DNA from: Trichodelitschia bisporula
Taxonomy: Eukaryota
Assembly: GCA_010356995.1 (NCBI GenBank)
Contig: ML996705.1
Coordinates: 310,001 to 374,000, forward strand
Direction of reading: 5' to 3'
DNA: 64,000 nucleotides
Part shown: in pieces, positions 24,020 to 37,170 of the stretch
Position numbering within the stretch: position 1 is the stretch's first letter
Layout: each line of letters begins with the position of its first letter
The notes under the pieces: generated by a model
What the model was told of the DNA's origin: nothing
What the model saw: only the letters and a program-made list of their open reading frames with translations
Databases searched by the model: none
Translations under genes and position numbers: made by a program

Positions 24020-25900
24020 TAAGTTATGTATATATTCAATTTCTCCTCCGATGCGGTTTCATAGGTCCATGCAGAGGGCTAGTTAAGCTAGCGACTATAA
24101 GGGTGTTCGTGCAAAACCAAAACCTCCACGTAGGAGGAAAACGTCCATCTACAAACCTTAGCCGTGCGATCGAGCTCCGGGCTCCGGCTGGGGGTCTTGG
24201 GTCAAGTTTAGGGGAGGGGAGTGTATCGATACTTGAGGGGAACTACTTAACGCTTTAAACTATCGCTGCCACACTCGCTCGCTTATCCTGGTGTGGTCCG
24301 TTCCGGTGTGGGTCTATATATGGGTGCCGATCTCCTGCGTCTTTAACGTCATTAGCGGTCCGGGCCGGTATTGTAGCCGGCCTGGTTCGTCCCCGGTTGA
24401 GGACGGTGGAGGGTAAGATGTATAGCGTGAGGGAGGGACCGGCCGTCGAGACGGTGGTATATTCGGTAGCTGAGGCGGGGTCGGCGGCGTCGACGTCTAT
24501 CTCGGAGTAGGAGGTGGTAAGCCCGAGTCGGATCGGGGCCTTGCCCTTCTCGGCCCGCTTCGCTTCCGCTTTCTTCTTTCTGTTGTAGGTAACCGGGGTC
24601 TACTTATTTGGGTTAGCTGACTGTCCATGGCCCGGTCCGGGATCGGGTGTTCCAGTAATCGGGCGGTCTCTATGGATGGTCGGGTTCTTAAGCCGGTACG
24701 TCGTTTAAGGCACTTAATGCGCAGCTCCGCGAGCTATTTATGATAGTTAGCCCACTCGGGGCAGGACGCGCGTTATTCTGTGTAGCATATTCGGGCCGTT
24801 GCCGGCTGCGTATATACCGTATATCTTATCCGTTGCATATCCCCCTTATGGGGACAGTCGGCAGCCTAGTATTCACCTGTATAGTAACCGCACCGGGTTT
24901 CGCGTCGGTAGGTGCTCGCGGCGTAGCCTGGCGCGTAATAATTTATATAACGCTTCTTAGATAGGGCGTGGTGGTGTATCGTAACGTCCTACTAGTTACC
25001 GGGTAGCCGGAGGCCGTACCGGACGAGAGCCTCCTATTGTTCCTTCGTTTCCACATAAAAGATGAGGTATGTACGTATTTTCGGATGCCCGGCCGCGTTA
25101 CGTACTCGGGATTACCGGTTGCCGTAAGGCTACCGGATCCGTGTGATCCGTAGTTCCGATTGCCCCGGAACGGTTATAGCTCGTACGAGACGCTTAATAA
25201 GCTCCCGGTTTTGTGCTGTCAGGCCGTGCTTAACTGTATGGGTAATGGGGAAGAAGTACGCGATAACCGGGCAATCCTATAGTTGAATCTTACCGTAGAG
25301 CCGGCTCCGGTAAGCGTCCCTCCTCCGAAGTAAATCCGCAGCCTGATCGGGCCTCTTGAAGTGTACCTTCTATAATCCGCTCTTTAGGCGCCGGGCTGCG
25401 ACCGCTCCTAGTTGTGTTATAATATGCCGTTTAGCTGCGTCATCGGGTATAGCCGCCAGGTCGGGTCCGAGGTGGATGATGACGTCGGCGGTTATCTTAT
25501 TGTGTGCCGGGAGAGGCTTCGGCTTCGGTACCGGTGCCGTGCTATCGATCGGGTTGTTTGCGGCGCGCGGGAAGGCCCCGGCTTGATTGTCGGTGTTAGT
25601 ATTAGCGGGCTGGCTGGCGCGTAGCTCGTTGACCTGCGTCTGGAGCCCTGTAGTTATATTAAGGACTTGACAGAGCGGGTCGGATTACTTTAGCTATAGA
25701 GCTCCGGCTCCGACTCCGGTTCCGGTTCCGGTTCCGTCTCCGGTATAAATCGGGAGCCGTTTAAGCGCGTCCTTAAGGTTGTTAACTAGTGCAAATGAAC
25801 GGGATGAACGGTGTCGGAGCGAGCAGGGTATTATCGAGGGATCGAAGCGTAGATTTAATCATGTGGGACGTCAGGGCGTCTCCGGTAGTGTCTTCAGAAG
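24020..25900 (-). mobile_element. RIP-degenerated non-LTR (LINE, Tad-like) element with ORF1/gag relic; boundaries approximate
   Basis: The minus-strand frame reads AARRLKSGL*KVHF and later KRYINYYAPGYAASTYRRETRCGYYTGEY*AADCP, i.e. CCHC knuckles once TpA is reverted to TpG/CpA. CA/TG dinucleotides are visibly depleted. Confidence 0.8.
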
Positions 25901-27181
25901 ATATGGTGGATTCTGAGTTGCTGGATGATTAATCGGAGGTATTATTATTTGACAATGGTGGGGGTTAAAAACTCTGCAGTTGCGGAGATCTTCTACTACC
26001 ACCGCGTCGATGGAGTGCCGGGGCGTTCCCGGATATCATTTGGCTGCTCATAATGAGCTGTCGACGATAGCGACGTCAAATTGAGGGAAAAGTGTCAATT
26101 TCAAGAACTGGCGTTGTGGCCGGTGGCTTTTCTTTTGTGTAAACTATATGAGATTGGGTGGAAGGAAGATCGTTAATTGCGTTTGCATTTTCCAGACGAG
26201 TGAAACTTTCATATTGACTACCTAAAGGGTGACTATCTAAAGTGGCCATCTCAGAAATCTGAGATGTTTGACAGGGCGGGACGCCTCTTACTGTACCAGA
26301 CCTACCAAATCGCCCGTCGCTCTCTCAGAGTTCACGCTGCATAATGAGAAAGACGAAGTTGGACATGGGGCAGGGACAGAAATTAACCTTTACGCGAAGG
26401 CCGTCAAATCCTTTTGTAAAACGGTTGACATAACCGCTCTTGCATCCGTGCTCCCCAAATCCTGCCGGAATCGGACCATATAGACCGCTTCCCGTACTTC
26501 GTCTTCCCCGCGGTTCTCTTCCTCGCACCGCTGGGGTGGGTATAAGCTGCGGTTGAAATGAGTCTGGGTACTAGGGCTGACGCTGAATGACGGACTAATC
26601 GGGGAGCAGATTTCATTTTGAATATATTCTGTAAGAAGGTCTGCTTTCTGATTAGACCGCTAATAAGCGTGAGCCCAGAGTGAGCCCCAACCCCAAGACT
26701 CTGTCGAACCCCAGTTTGAGCCCCTGCCGTACAATGGATACGTCGTCAAACTCCATCAGGGAATTTTTACACAGATTCCCCCAACGCCTGAAACACCCAC
26801 CACATGGCTCATCTCAATGGAGCGATTTAATAATCAATTGTGGAAAAACCCCCGCGTCGCATGAGCTCCACCTACTGCAATGCTGACTTCTAATTTGATA
26901 TGATCTTATTGCCAAGGCCCTTTGGCTAGCGTTAGGGCCCACCAAAATTCCAGTTAAGGTTAGAATCTCGGTGCGCTCATGCGATGTAGGTATTCCTGCA
27001 GGATCTATGGCTCATTCCCTGCGCTCCGCTCTTTGATCTTCTCCAGAACCGAACCCATCCCATCCTGTAATCCTGTAGTGACCTGTCTGTGGTAATTCTA
27101 CGGCCATTTGTATCTAGTTGTGAAAGGGTATGCAACGGTGCTGGACTCTTCGCCATGACTTGGCGGTTTGGCCTCCTAATA

Positions 27182-30100
27182 TCACTTACCCGCTGGCCAG
27201 AGGCGTTGCACCCGCTGTTTGATCTTTCTCCCCTGAACCAGGTACAGCCACGTGCAGAAGAACACCATGGCGAAGTTGAAGATGATGTATGCCCAAAATA
27301 TGCCGTAGTCACGCCAAACATTCTTCCAAAAGACGTTGAAGCTCGCAGCCTTCCTACGTCAGCACTTCTTTTATAGCCGGACGAGGTGAACTTACGAATT
27401 GATCTCCATTTGCATACTGGCAAAAACCACATTCACCGTTTGGCAATGTCACAACATACCCTCCTGCTTTTTGCACGTATTGCTGCGTATATGAGTTGCA
27501 GGTCTGGCCAGGAGGCGCGCTAAAGACAGCAAGCTCAACCTGATCGCAGCGGACAGGAATCTCATGCACAATGAGCGCCAGCATGCCTTCAAAGAGGTAG
27601 CGGAACGGCGAAAGATGGTACATCCAGTGCCAGAACTTGATCATGGCTGCGAGAGGAACAACGACCCCGCAGAACGAGATGACGAATAGGAAGAATAGCG
27701 GTACAAGAATTGAGGCGAGCAGATCATTCGGGGAGAAGGACGCGATGGCCTGCCCGAATCCAAGGTAGAAGAGCTCAAACACTTGGATAAACATCCAGAT
27801 GACGGCAGCTCGATATGTCCCGCGGGGGAAAGAGGGCGCCCAGTACCAACAGGCCCAGTACACGGTGCCCGCGACAGCGCGGTAGGGAATTTCGGAAACG
27901 ATCGCGCCGGTTGTAAATGCAATCCAGGAATATATTTTCGCCTTCGCTTCGCGCGACTCATAAATGCCCCTTGCGTGCAAGAAGCGCGGCTGCAGCTGTT
28001 GGATGAGTGGCGGGCTGATGGTTAGCGTCATAAAGATGCTAAAGACGTGACTCTGCATGTCGATTTGGCTATGTCCGAGGTTCCAGAAGGTGAAGCCGTT
28101 GAACAGGCCGGTAAAAACATGCAGCATAAACATGCCTATGACATATTTGGGGCTGCGCCACATGGCAGTGAATGACCGATGCACGACTGCAAGCACCTGT
28201 GTAGACAAGGGCATCGCGTACTCGCGGTCATCCTTTGTGTGATCAGCTGCTGAAGCATCGTGCCGCGACTTCACGATGTGATAGATCTCTTCTGTCAGGG
28301 CGGCATTCTCTTCAGAGTTGCTCCATACTTCGCCCCAGTCTTTGCCCTTGTAATCGGGGTTGCCGGCGCCGATGACATCAAGCATGTGTCTGAGCAGTGT
28401 TAATTTACAGAACCCATGAAGAAGGGTAAAGCTTACTCCGCAGGGTTCGCATGTGAAGGACACTTCTTTCCTCCATTCCTCTCAAAATACTCGAGCAGCG
28501 TGCGACTATCTGGCCCAAGGTCGCCAAAATATACCGTGCGGCCTCCAGACTCAAGCAGCAGCAATCGGTCAAATTCTTCGAAGAGAATGCTAGATGGCTG
28601 GTGAATGGTGCAGAGGATCGCCTGGCCAGCATCCGCGAGCTTGCGGAGAAACCGTACAATGTTAAACGCAGCGCCAGAGTCAAGGCCAGAGGTCGGCTCG
28701 TCCAAAAACATCAGGAGCTCGGGCTTGCTCGCAAGCTCCACGCCAATCGTCAGGCGTTTGCGCTGTTCCTGGTTGAGGCCTTCGCCAGGTGTCCCGATAA
28801 CGGCACCTGCGATACTTCTCATCTCGAGCAAGTCAATAATCTTCTCGCAATAATCGTACTTTTCCTGCAGAGGCACCTCGGGTGGCTGTCTAAGCTTTGC
28901 GGAGAACCGTAGAGCCTCGCGTACTGTGGCGGTGGGTTCATGAACGTCTTGCTGTTCTGCAAACCCCGATGATCTCTGGAACGAGCGCGGCAGCGGCCGG
29001 CCATCGACCAAAAAGTCTCCGGTGACCGTTCCGACCCGGATGCGCTGTGCAAGTGCATTGAGGAGAGTAGTTTTGCCAGCTCCTGAAGCACCCTGCTCAG
29101 GTCAGAAAGAACGTCCGAGAGAGCAGAACATACCATGAGGGCGGTCAGCTTTCCGGGCTGCACATAGCCCTGAACATGCTGCAGAAGCATGCGCTCCCCG
29201 CCTTGATAGGGGATGGTGTAGCAGATGTCCTGGAACGTGAGGACCGACTCGTTTTTGGCGAGCCCCTCTGTAGGATCTTTTGTCTCCTCGTTTGCATTTC
29301 GCGAATCGACATTCCCTTCCACAGTCTCCTGCTTTTCACCAGACTCCTCATCGCTTGGAGATTGGTGCTCCAACGACCGCTCGACGTCCAGCGCCTGGCC
29401 ACGCTCGTAAACGACAACTCCTCCGCCTCCTTTATTCGGTTTCTGGAGTTCCATCCCCAAGGCTGTGAGGGCGACGAAAAAGCCGAAGAAGGCGCAGATG
29501 AACCCAAAATTGCGCCACAGGTGCCCTCTCGAGTAGCCAAATGCCGTCTTGATGTAATCTGAGCCGCGAACAACGTTTGAGCCTGGATTTGATCCTGCTA
29601 AAGCACAGCTTTGGTACCGCGGCGATGCATTAGGGACCATTGGGACGAGGTATGGAGGCTCGCACTGGATGTCGAGACTGTAAAACTCGTTCGCCATCAA
29701 AGCTTCAAACCCATACTGGACTGGGTTTATCCACCTTAGCCACGAGAACCACGGATGCATCTTCCTCGGCGGGATGAGATATCCAGTGTAGACAACAAGC
29801 GCCTGAATGGCGACGCCTGTGACTCTCGTTGCGGCGTCCAGCGATCCCATAAGTGCTCCGATGGACCTGAAAAAGGCATACATGGTCATGGTAACGATGA
29901 AAAGAAAGAGGTACGCAATGAAGAATTGTGATGCGGTCCGCTGTAGGTTAGCCATAAAGTAGACGATGACCAGGAATATTGTAACCTGGACCAGGACAAG
30001 CGGAACGTCCACGACCGTCTGCGCGATGGCATATGCGGCGGGCCGGTAAAACGTGAATGACTTATGCTTGAGCAGGATTGGCTTCGACTCAAAGGCAGCT

Positions 30101-31874
30101 GTTAGTTCTGCCAGTGCGAGCAGGGCGTTGAACAGCAGCATGAAGAACATAACACCACCGCGGGTAAAGACACCACTGGTAGTCTTCGGTAGGTCGTAAA
30201 ATAGACTGCCTACGATTAGGGCCTGGAACAAAATGCCGCCCCATTTACCGCCGAGAGACTGTTTGTCGCCAATCATTACGAGAAACTGGCGCTTGGTGCA
30301 CACCCAAACCTGCATTGGGAAGGAGAGGGTGTAGTTTTTCGGGCGTTCATTTGGCGAGTGCTGCTGGCGCATACTCTCCATCTCTTCGCGAAACGTTTCA
30401 ATCTCGGAGAGGTTCTGCTCTCTGATTTTGCTTTGCGCCAAGGCCTGCGCGAATTCCTCAGGAGACCTGGGAATTCGATCTTCCCAACCTTCCCTTGCGT
30501 GTCTCTCGTGCTTGTCCGTAACGGAAGTTAGAAAGTCAGCGGTCGTCCAGCGGTCGGGACGTTCAAAACCCAGGTCCTTGAAGTACTGTGCCGCCTGGTC
30601 CGTAGGCCCAAAGTAACAGCAATGCCCTTCGTCAATGAGCAAGACTTTGTCAAAAAGCTCGTAAAGGCTTTCGCCTGCCTGGTACAGTGCAACGCACGTT
30701 GATATGTTGACCATGTTGGTAAGAGCGCGTAGGGACGTGACGTATTCCAATGCTGTGCTGGCGTCGAGACCCCGGGTGCTATTGTCCCAGCACTGGGTGG
30801 ACGCTTTCGTGATCATTGCCTCTGCAATGCTCACACGCTTCTTCTCACCACCGGAGATACCTTGAATGAGCTCGTTACCGACTTTAGTGTTCATTGTGTG
30901 CTCGATCCAAAAGAGTTTGGAGACAACGCGCAGAAACTCGTTGACATAGTCTGAGCGAGACTCCCCTTCCTTTCTGGAAGCCTGACCAGGTGTACGCGTT
31001 CGGAGCGCAAACTTAAGCGTGCTCTTGACCGTGAGTGTTGCGTAGTGAAAATCGTCTTCGGGGTTGTAGAGCACTTCACTACGGTACTTTTTGTGCATCG
31101 TTTTTGCGTCGACGCCTCCGTACTTGACCTCGCCTTCGATACCCTCGTAGCCGGAGCGCTGATTTCCGACGACTTTGAGAAAGGTTGAGCAGCCGGCTCC
31201 AGGCCTCCCAAGTACTAAAAGCATCTCGCCTGGCTTCACGCAGCCCGTAAAGTCATGGAGTAGAGTTCTAACTGGAGGTTTGTCGCGTGCACGCCCTGTG
31301 CGGAACAGCCGCTGGAAGAATCGAAAGGGGCCAACGAAAAGGTCACCAGCCTCTGGACTTAGCGAAAGGAGACTATCTAGAGTGTGATACTTACCTTGGG
31401 TTGTAATGCTGCACCGACTCCCGTACCCTTAACAGTGAGGTTTTCCCATGTCACACCAACATGCCTGGACCGCTCTTCTTCCGAGTGTTCCTGCCGCGTC
31501 CGGCCGAACATTCGGGAGAGCAGCAGGTCAACTCCCTCGGTTTCATCTTCACCACCGGATTTCTCGGAAGAAGCTCCCGGCTTGCTTGACCGACGGCGGG
31601 AAAGGGCCCGGAGCGTATTTTCTTCGGACACAGCTCGCTCGCCCATAGTTCGTTGCTCCAAGCCCTCCAAATTTCCAGTCGACCTTGCTTTGATCGGGAC
31701 ATATCCCAATTCTTTGCGATCATTCGAGATGATACCCCTGGAATTTGAGTTCTTCTCCGACTTCGTCGATTCGGGAGTGGCACTTTCGCTTCTGCTGAAC
31801 TGAAGGCGGGATTCCGACTGGGTCTGCTGCGGTTGCGGTGTAACTGGTGGGCGACCAGGCGTCATGTCGGTCAT
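27182..31874 (-). CDS. Full-size ABCG/PDR-type multidrug ABC transporter (NBD-TMD)2
   Basis: Degenerate Walker [33 protein letters not shown]; second [38 protein letters not shown]; four short introns. Confidence 0.95.
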
Positions 31875-32585
31875 GGTGTCAGGACTGTCACTGGATTCTC
31901 TGCACACGAGGGTGTCAACGGTGGTGCACCCTGCGAGAGCAAGGGATCATGCGAAGTGCAAAGTGTAGATAAATACCATTGCTGGGCAAGACGCAAAGTA
32001 ACGCAGATCCTGCGCGCACCTACAACCATCAGATAATACAAAGAACAGAAAACAAGCTACAGGTCATGCATTCCGGAGTAATTGACTTGGGTTGGATGCG
32101 CCGATCGGTTGCGTGAGCAAGACGTCATCGTATGGTCTTGGCATCGGATCCGAAAGCCCTGGGAGATTGGGCCAGGGGAGATCCTGCATAAGACCACACA
32201 AGCGCAGGCTTACCCCCACGACAGAGAGATCCACATGTGTTGATGCAAAAATCGTCGCCCTCGATCGTCGCACCCTGTCATGGGCTTGTGACAGTCGGAC
32301 AAATAAACCGCCCGACGTTCGCTCAACGAGCTTTCGACGAACGAAATGCACTTGGCATGGACCTGGGAGCACATAAGACAAATCCACATCATAGAGCAAT
32401 ATACTTCTCTCCAATGCCTGACACGGTCACACAGCACACGCCCGAGTACAGGTTTACCAACCGCCCGTGGCCCTAGAATATGCGTCAAGCCATTAGCGAC
32501 ATTGTCCCCAACGCCCCAGTAATAACAACGCAGTAGTGGAATCACTCAGACAAGCAAGCTACCCCGAAAAGTTACTCCGCCCACA

Positions 32586-33550
32586 TCACACTTCGTCCTC
32601 GCCCAGAGCCTGGTACGTGTGTCGCGATCTAGTGGGATCCTTTCGCATGGCTTGACCGGAGCCAGTGAAGCCAACTACAGTTGTCAGCGGCAGGTTTCCA
32701 TCGAGTAAGATAAACGAACCTCGAGCGTTGACACCTTCACCGGTGCGGAACATGCTCTCCTTGCCTAAAGCCTTTTTCCCCGCCCCCTTCTGCTGGAAAC
32801 TCTTCCAGCTGTTCTGACCCGCCTCCAGCTCCTTCTTAGCCTTGACCTGGCGCGGCATTTTGGGCGGCCGCGGAGGCCCATCGCTGACCTTGCTCGGCTC
32901 CCGCTTGGCCTGCGTCGCGAGAGCGGGGTTGATGTTGGCGGCGGCCGAGATGACGCTTGAGCCATTAGAGGGGCTCACCAGCGTCGAGGTCACTGGAGGG
33001 CCGTCAGCCTTGCGCTTCTTCGACTCGTACATGAGAGGTTTCAGGTCCGAAGGAGAGAGCTTCTCGGTGGTGTCGTATTTGTCAAACTTTACATAGTAGA
33101 TCGGGTTCGTCGACGAGCCGGTGATAGACGTGATCTGTGCTGGATAAAAGCCCTTATCTCCCGTGATCCACCGCGCAAGAACGGAGTCGTTGACTTTGAA
33201 CTTCACGGCGGAGGTATCGTCGGCTGTGGGCTTGCGGCTCTGCTCCTGGAACTTGGGATGATTCTCCTTGGACCACTTCGGCTTGTCCTCGACTTGGGGC
33301 GGTTGCGACGTCTTTGGCGCCTGACGTACACGGTGCTCTTGGAGCTCGCTTTCGATGAGGCTAATGCCTTCGAGCAAATCGGCTTGAAGTGTGAGCAACT
33401 CGGTGTTCTCAGGATCGGCTTGCAGGCCGGATTGAACCTCTTCGAGCTGGGATGTAATCAGAATCTGCCAAGGAAGGAGCATGCATAATATACCAGAGCC
33501 TTTTGCTCCTTCAAATCGTTTTCATACAGTTCGATCTGATCGGTCGCCAT
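32586..33550 (-). CDS. SPF30: Splicing factor SPF30/SMNDC1-like Tudor-domain protein
   Basis: N-terminal QLEEVQSGLQADPENTEL, Tudor motif VLARWITGDKGFYPAQITSITG, C-terminal SWKSF...SMFRTGEGVNAR|VGFTGSG; two short introns. Confidence 0.85.
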
Positions 33551-35137
33551 GTTGCATGGGTGTGGTAGCGTACCGCTACCTTGTGGCGGTTCGGGTGTAG
33601 ATCCGGCGTGGGGAGGGGGGGAAGAGAGGAAAGAAATGGCAGAGAAACAAATGGTGTCTTCTCGTGCGGCAGCTATGTCCTTTTCCGATAAGCTGGCTGT
33701 TTGCGCAAACAGTGGATCGAGAAGATCGGTGCTGATCTGCTGCCGCAGATGGCTGGCATCCAGCGAGGGCGATGGCGATGCTTGGCAAAGCTGCCCCCCC
33801 CCGGATTAACAAAAGACCGGCATCAAAGCGCGCCTTCACGTGCTCGCCCATTTAGCGCTCGCGTCGCAAACTTTGAGCGCTGAGTGAGGGGCTGAACGGT
33901 CTTTAATGCAAGAGGGAACGGCTTGGTCGAAACAGCAGCTTCCTCAAGGCAGGCCTGGTCGGTACGGGTAGTCATACAGAGGATAAGTCCCAAGTGCTGT
34001 GTCTGCAGTCTTCCTTCAAATGAAGGAATCAACGCGTCTTGGTGAAGCTGCGACTATCTGATCAGATCTGATCACTTTTAGGCATCAATCAATCATTCCC
34101 CCCTCTGTGCCCCTCCCCCAACTGCCCAACCGTCCCGTCGCGCATCACTCTAGAGCTAGTTCCATATTTCCCGCCCGAATGAATGCAAGGCACAGCCGAG
34201 ATATTTGATGTACTACGTAGGGCGTCAGGGCGTGCCTTTTTGAACCGCACTCAAGCCTCAAGCCCTCAAAAACCGGGGTCGGGCCAATTCCAACGTCCAT
34301 CAGGACGAATAAAACTTTGCCAAGGCAATTAACTCCGCTCACGACCAGCATCTCTTGCATCTCTGCTTAGCAATCAGTCCATGTGTCTCTCCGACTCTAC
34401 CACGGACTCCTCACTCAGCAAGCACCCCCAACTCTTGTGCTGCAAAGTTCTACTCGTACCCGCACCCTGACGCTGTTCATCTCCCAATCGAAAAGGCTGA
34501 AGACCAGTTCGTACCGGTTGTTCGCCATCACTTTCGTACTCTTTCCATCTACCAATTCGTAGAGCCAATCGGTACTGCCTGTAAGCCTGCACCCTTCGCG
34601 CTCCCCCCCAGTCTAGGAGCCTCGTTTTCCTCTCCGGCCGCTTTGTCCAAGTTCCTACCTCCCCAGGTGCATCTGATCTGACTCCGACTCCCTCTCCCCT
34701 CAACCCTCATCAATCTCTATCAAAGCTTCTGGCGGAAAGGTTCATCGCTGCTTCCTCTTGCGCATCACCGTCTATCCCTTCCCTTTCGCCTTCGATCCCG
34801 TTATCTTGTTAAGTGAGCCAACGCGGGGCGTCGCGGTCTGCCGAGCGGGGTAGCAGCCGTTGAGTGGCAAAAACTTGAACAGGTGTGCCACTCCCCAGGC
34901 CCTACATTTTCGCAGCTATCCTTCGCAATTCGTTACCAATTGTAGTTCTAAGGTCTTATCATTCGTTGGGCGCGTGCTGGAGTTGCGAATTATTGTTCTT
35001 GACTCGCCACCGTTAGACTGAAACGATGCTGACTGCCCGTAGTCCCACCTGGTTGACTCAATCGGTGCCAGTTGATTCTCAACATCTCGTCCCCAAACAC
35101 AAGCCATCACTTCGTATATCCATCGCGGTCGTCTGTA

Positions 35138-37170
35138 ATGGCAGGACAGCCGGCCTTCAAGGCACCGTACAGCCTGTCGTCAGACCAGCAGGGCCTCCTC
35201 ATGGCCGCATTGGCCTCGAACAACCCCAACATGAAGGATGGCTTTGGGTCAGCGTTGGCTAATCCCAGCCAAATATCCGACCAGCAACTTGTGCAGCCTT
35301 TTTCCTTTGACGGCTTGGACCCTACCTTCTTTCCGGCCGGTCAGGATGGCGCCCTGAACGCCTTTGGCACCACCTTGGAGTCCCCTGACGGCCCATACCT
35401 GGACTTTCTCGATTCCAGCAACGGGGATCTGGACTTCGATTTCGAACAGGATCAAGTAATGGAAGGCATCACGGCATCGGAGCTGCCGGATAAGCGCAAG
35501 AGCCCGGATGGCGAGAAGGAGGAAAATGAAAATGGCTCCAAGCGTCGGGAAGGCGAGGACAAGACCGCGAAGAAGCCAGGAAGAAAGCCCCTGACATCGG
35601 AGCCCACAACGGTAAGCAGGAGCCTGCCCCAAAGGGATGGAACCTAATGAAGAGCAGAAACGCAAGGCGCAAAACCGGGCTGCGCAAAGAGCTTTTCGAG
35701 AGCGTAAGGAGAAGCATTTGAAGGACCTTGAGACTAAAGTTGTCGAGCTCGAGAAGGTCTCGGAGTCAACGAACCACGAGAATGGGCTTTTGCGCGCACA
35801 AGTTCAGCGCTTGCAGATTGAGCTACGAGAGTACCGCAAGCGCCTGTCGATGAATAGCACCGGGCTTCTGGGCCGGTCACCTCCGCTTGGGGCATCATCA
35901 CAGCTCTCAAGTTCGACGAACGGTGTGAACTTCTCGTTCGACTTCCCTCAGTTTGGAACCAACTCCCTTCCATATGGCAGCCGCCCTACACCAAACCCAA
36001 GTACATCTTCTTCCGCAAGCCCTCCTGTAGCGGCTGGTTCCACCGCCGTCCGGAGCAGCAACGGTGAAAACGCAAGCCCCGGCGCACCGTGCACCTCACC
36101 GACCAGGTTCGGATCCGCCTCTCTTCCGCCGACCAGCCAAGGGAACATTAACCGCGATGTCCTGAATAACCTGTTTAGTCCTTGGATGCTTAACGGAGCC
36201 GGAAGCAGCAGCAGCTCTCTTGAGTTTAAACGGTTGTCCACTGAACCGCAGAGTGCTAAGGGTACTGAGAAGGAATCAAGCCAGACACGTGCTTTCCAGT
36301 TCAACGGTACCTCGGTGTCATCTGCTTCACCTTCTGCATCATCCGTTTCTCAATATGGACCAAATTCATCCTGTGGGACATCACCCGAGCCAAGCCACAA
36401 CTCTCCAAACACTGGCAACAGGGACGGCGCTGCGGACATCCAAGACGCAATCGGGCACACTTGCTCAGCTAGCCCCGAAGGTGAGAGCTCCTTCTGCGAA
36501 AAGCTCAACATGGCTTGTGGCACTTTCCAGAATCCGATTCCGCGCGCGATGAGAGTATCTAACGCTGCGCCAGCAAATGCAGCCGGGTCGCCGCCAGAGG
36601 GCGTGCCTATTGACAATGCCTTCAATACCTCCTTTAATACATCCAAGGGTCTTGACTTGTGGGTGAACCAAAATGGCGGCAAGTTCGATCCGGTGCTCTT
36701 TGGCGACTACCGCGACAGTCAGGTTGCCATTGTTGGGGACGGGGACTTCACTGGCGGATTTTTCAATGACGCGATGCCAAATTTCGAGCTTGGGAACCCG
36801 CTGACCTGGAGTGACCTTACTACCGGCACTGGGTTCACACCGACCTTGCCAAAGATGAATCCGATGGAGCAGGCTGATGCGTTACAAGCTGGCCTTGACG
36901 ACGATGAGGTTGTTCCTGGCGAGGATACTTCGAAGATGCTTAGCTGTCACAAGATATGGTTAGTGTACTCTCTGCCTCTCTGGAGCTTGCTAATACCTCA
37001 TTAGGGAGAAGCTGCAGTCTACTGAGGACTTTAACAACGGTAAAATCGACATCGATGGCTTGTGCTCTGAGCTGCGCGCAAAGGCACGGTGCTCTGAATC
37101 CGGCGTTGTCGTGGATCAAAAAGACGTGGATGCTGCTCTGCAGAGACTCCCTCCAAGACGTTCATCCTAA
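35138..37170 (+). CDS. YAP1: AP-1-like redox-regulated bZIP transcription factor (Yap1/Pap1/NapA)
   Basis: KKPGRKPLTSEPTT|KRKAQNRAAQRAFRERKE bZIP, FCEKLNMACG, and C-terminal cysteine-rich domain LSCHKIW|EKLQ...DIDGLCSELRAKARCSE; introns at about 35612-35657 and 36959-37003. Confidence 0.95.

Noticed and set aside
26247..26266. Perfect 9-bp hairpin CATCTCAGA-AA-TCTGAGATG
   Set aside because: Too short to distinguish from chance, with no supporting context.
15480..26950. Intact Starship or other giant transposon
   Set aside because: No tyrosine-recombinase (captain) ORF and no supportable terminal repeats were seen.
26670..26965. Telomere-like TTAGGG/CCCCAA motifs
   Set aside because: Only isolated degenerate units, with no tandem array.
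35026..35262. uORF overlapping the YAP1 start
   Set aside because: Its ATG lies just before a GCTGAC branch site and TAG acceptor (about 35042), so it is probably inside a 5'-UTR intron.
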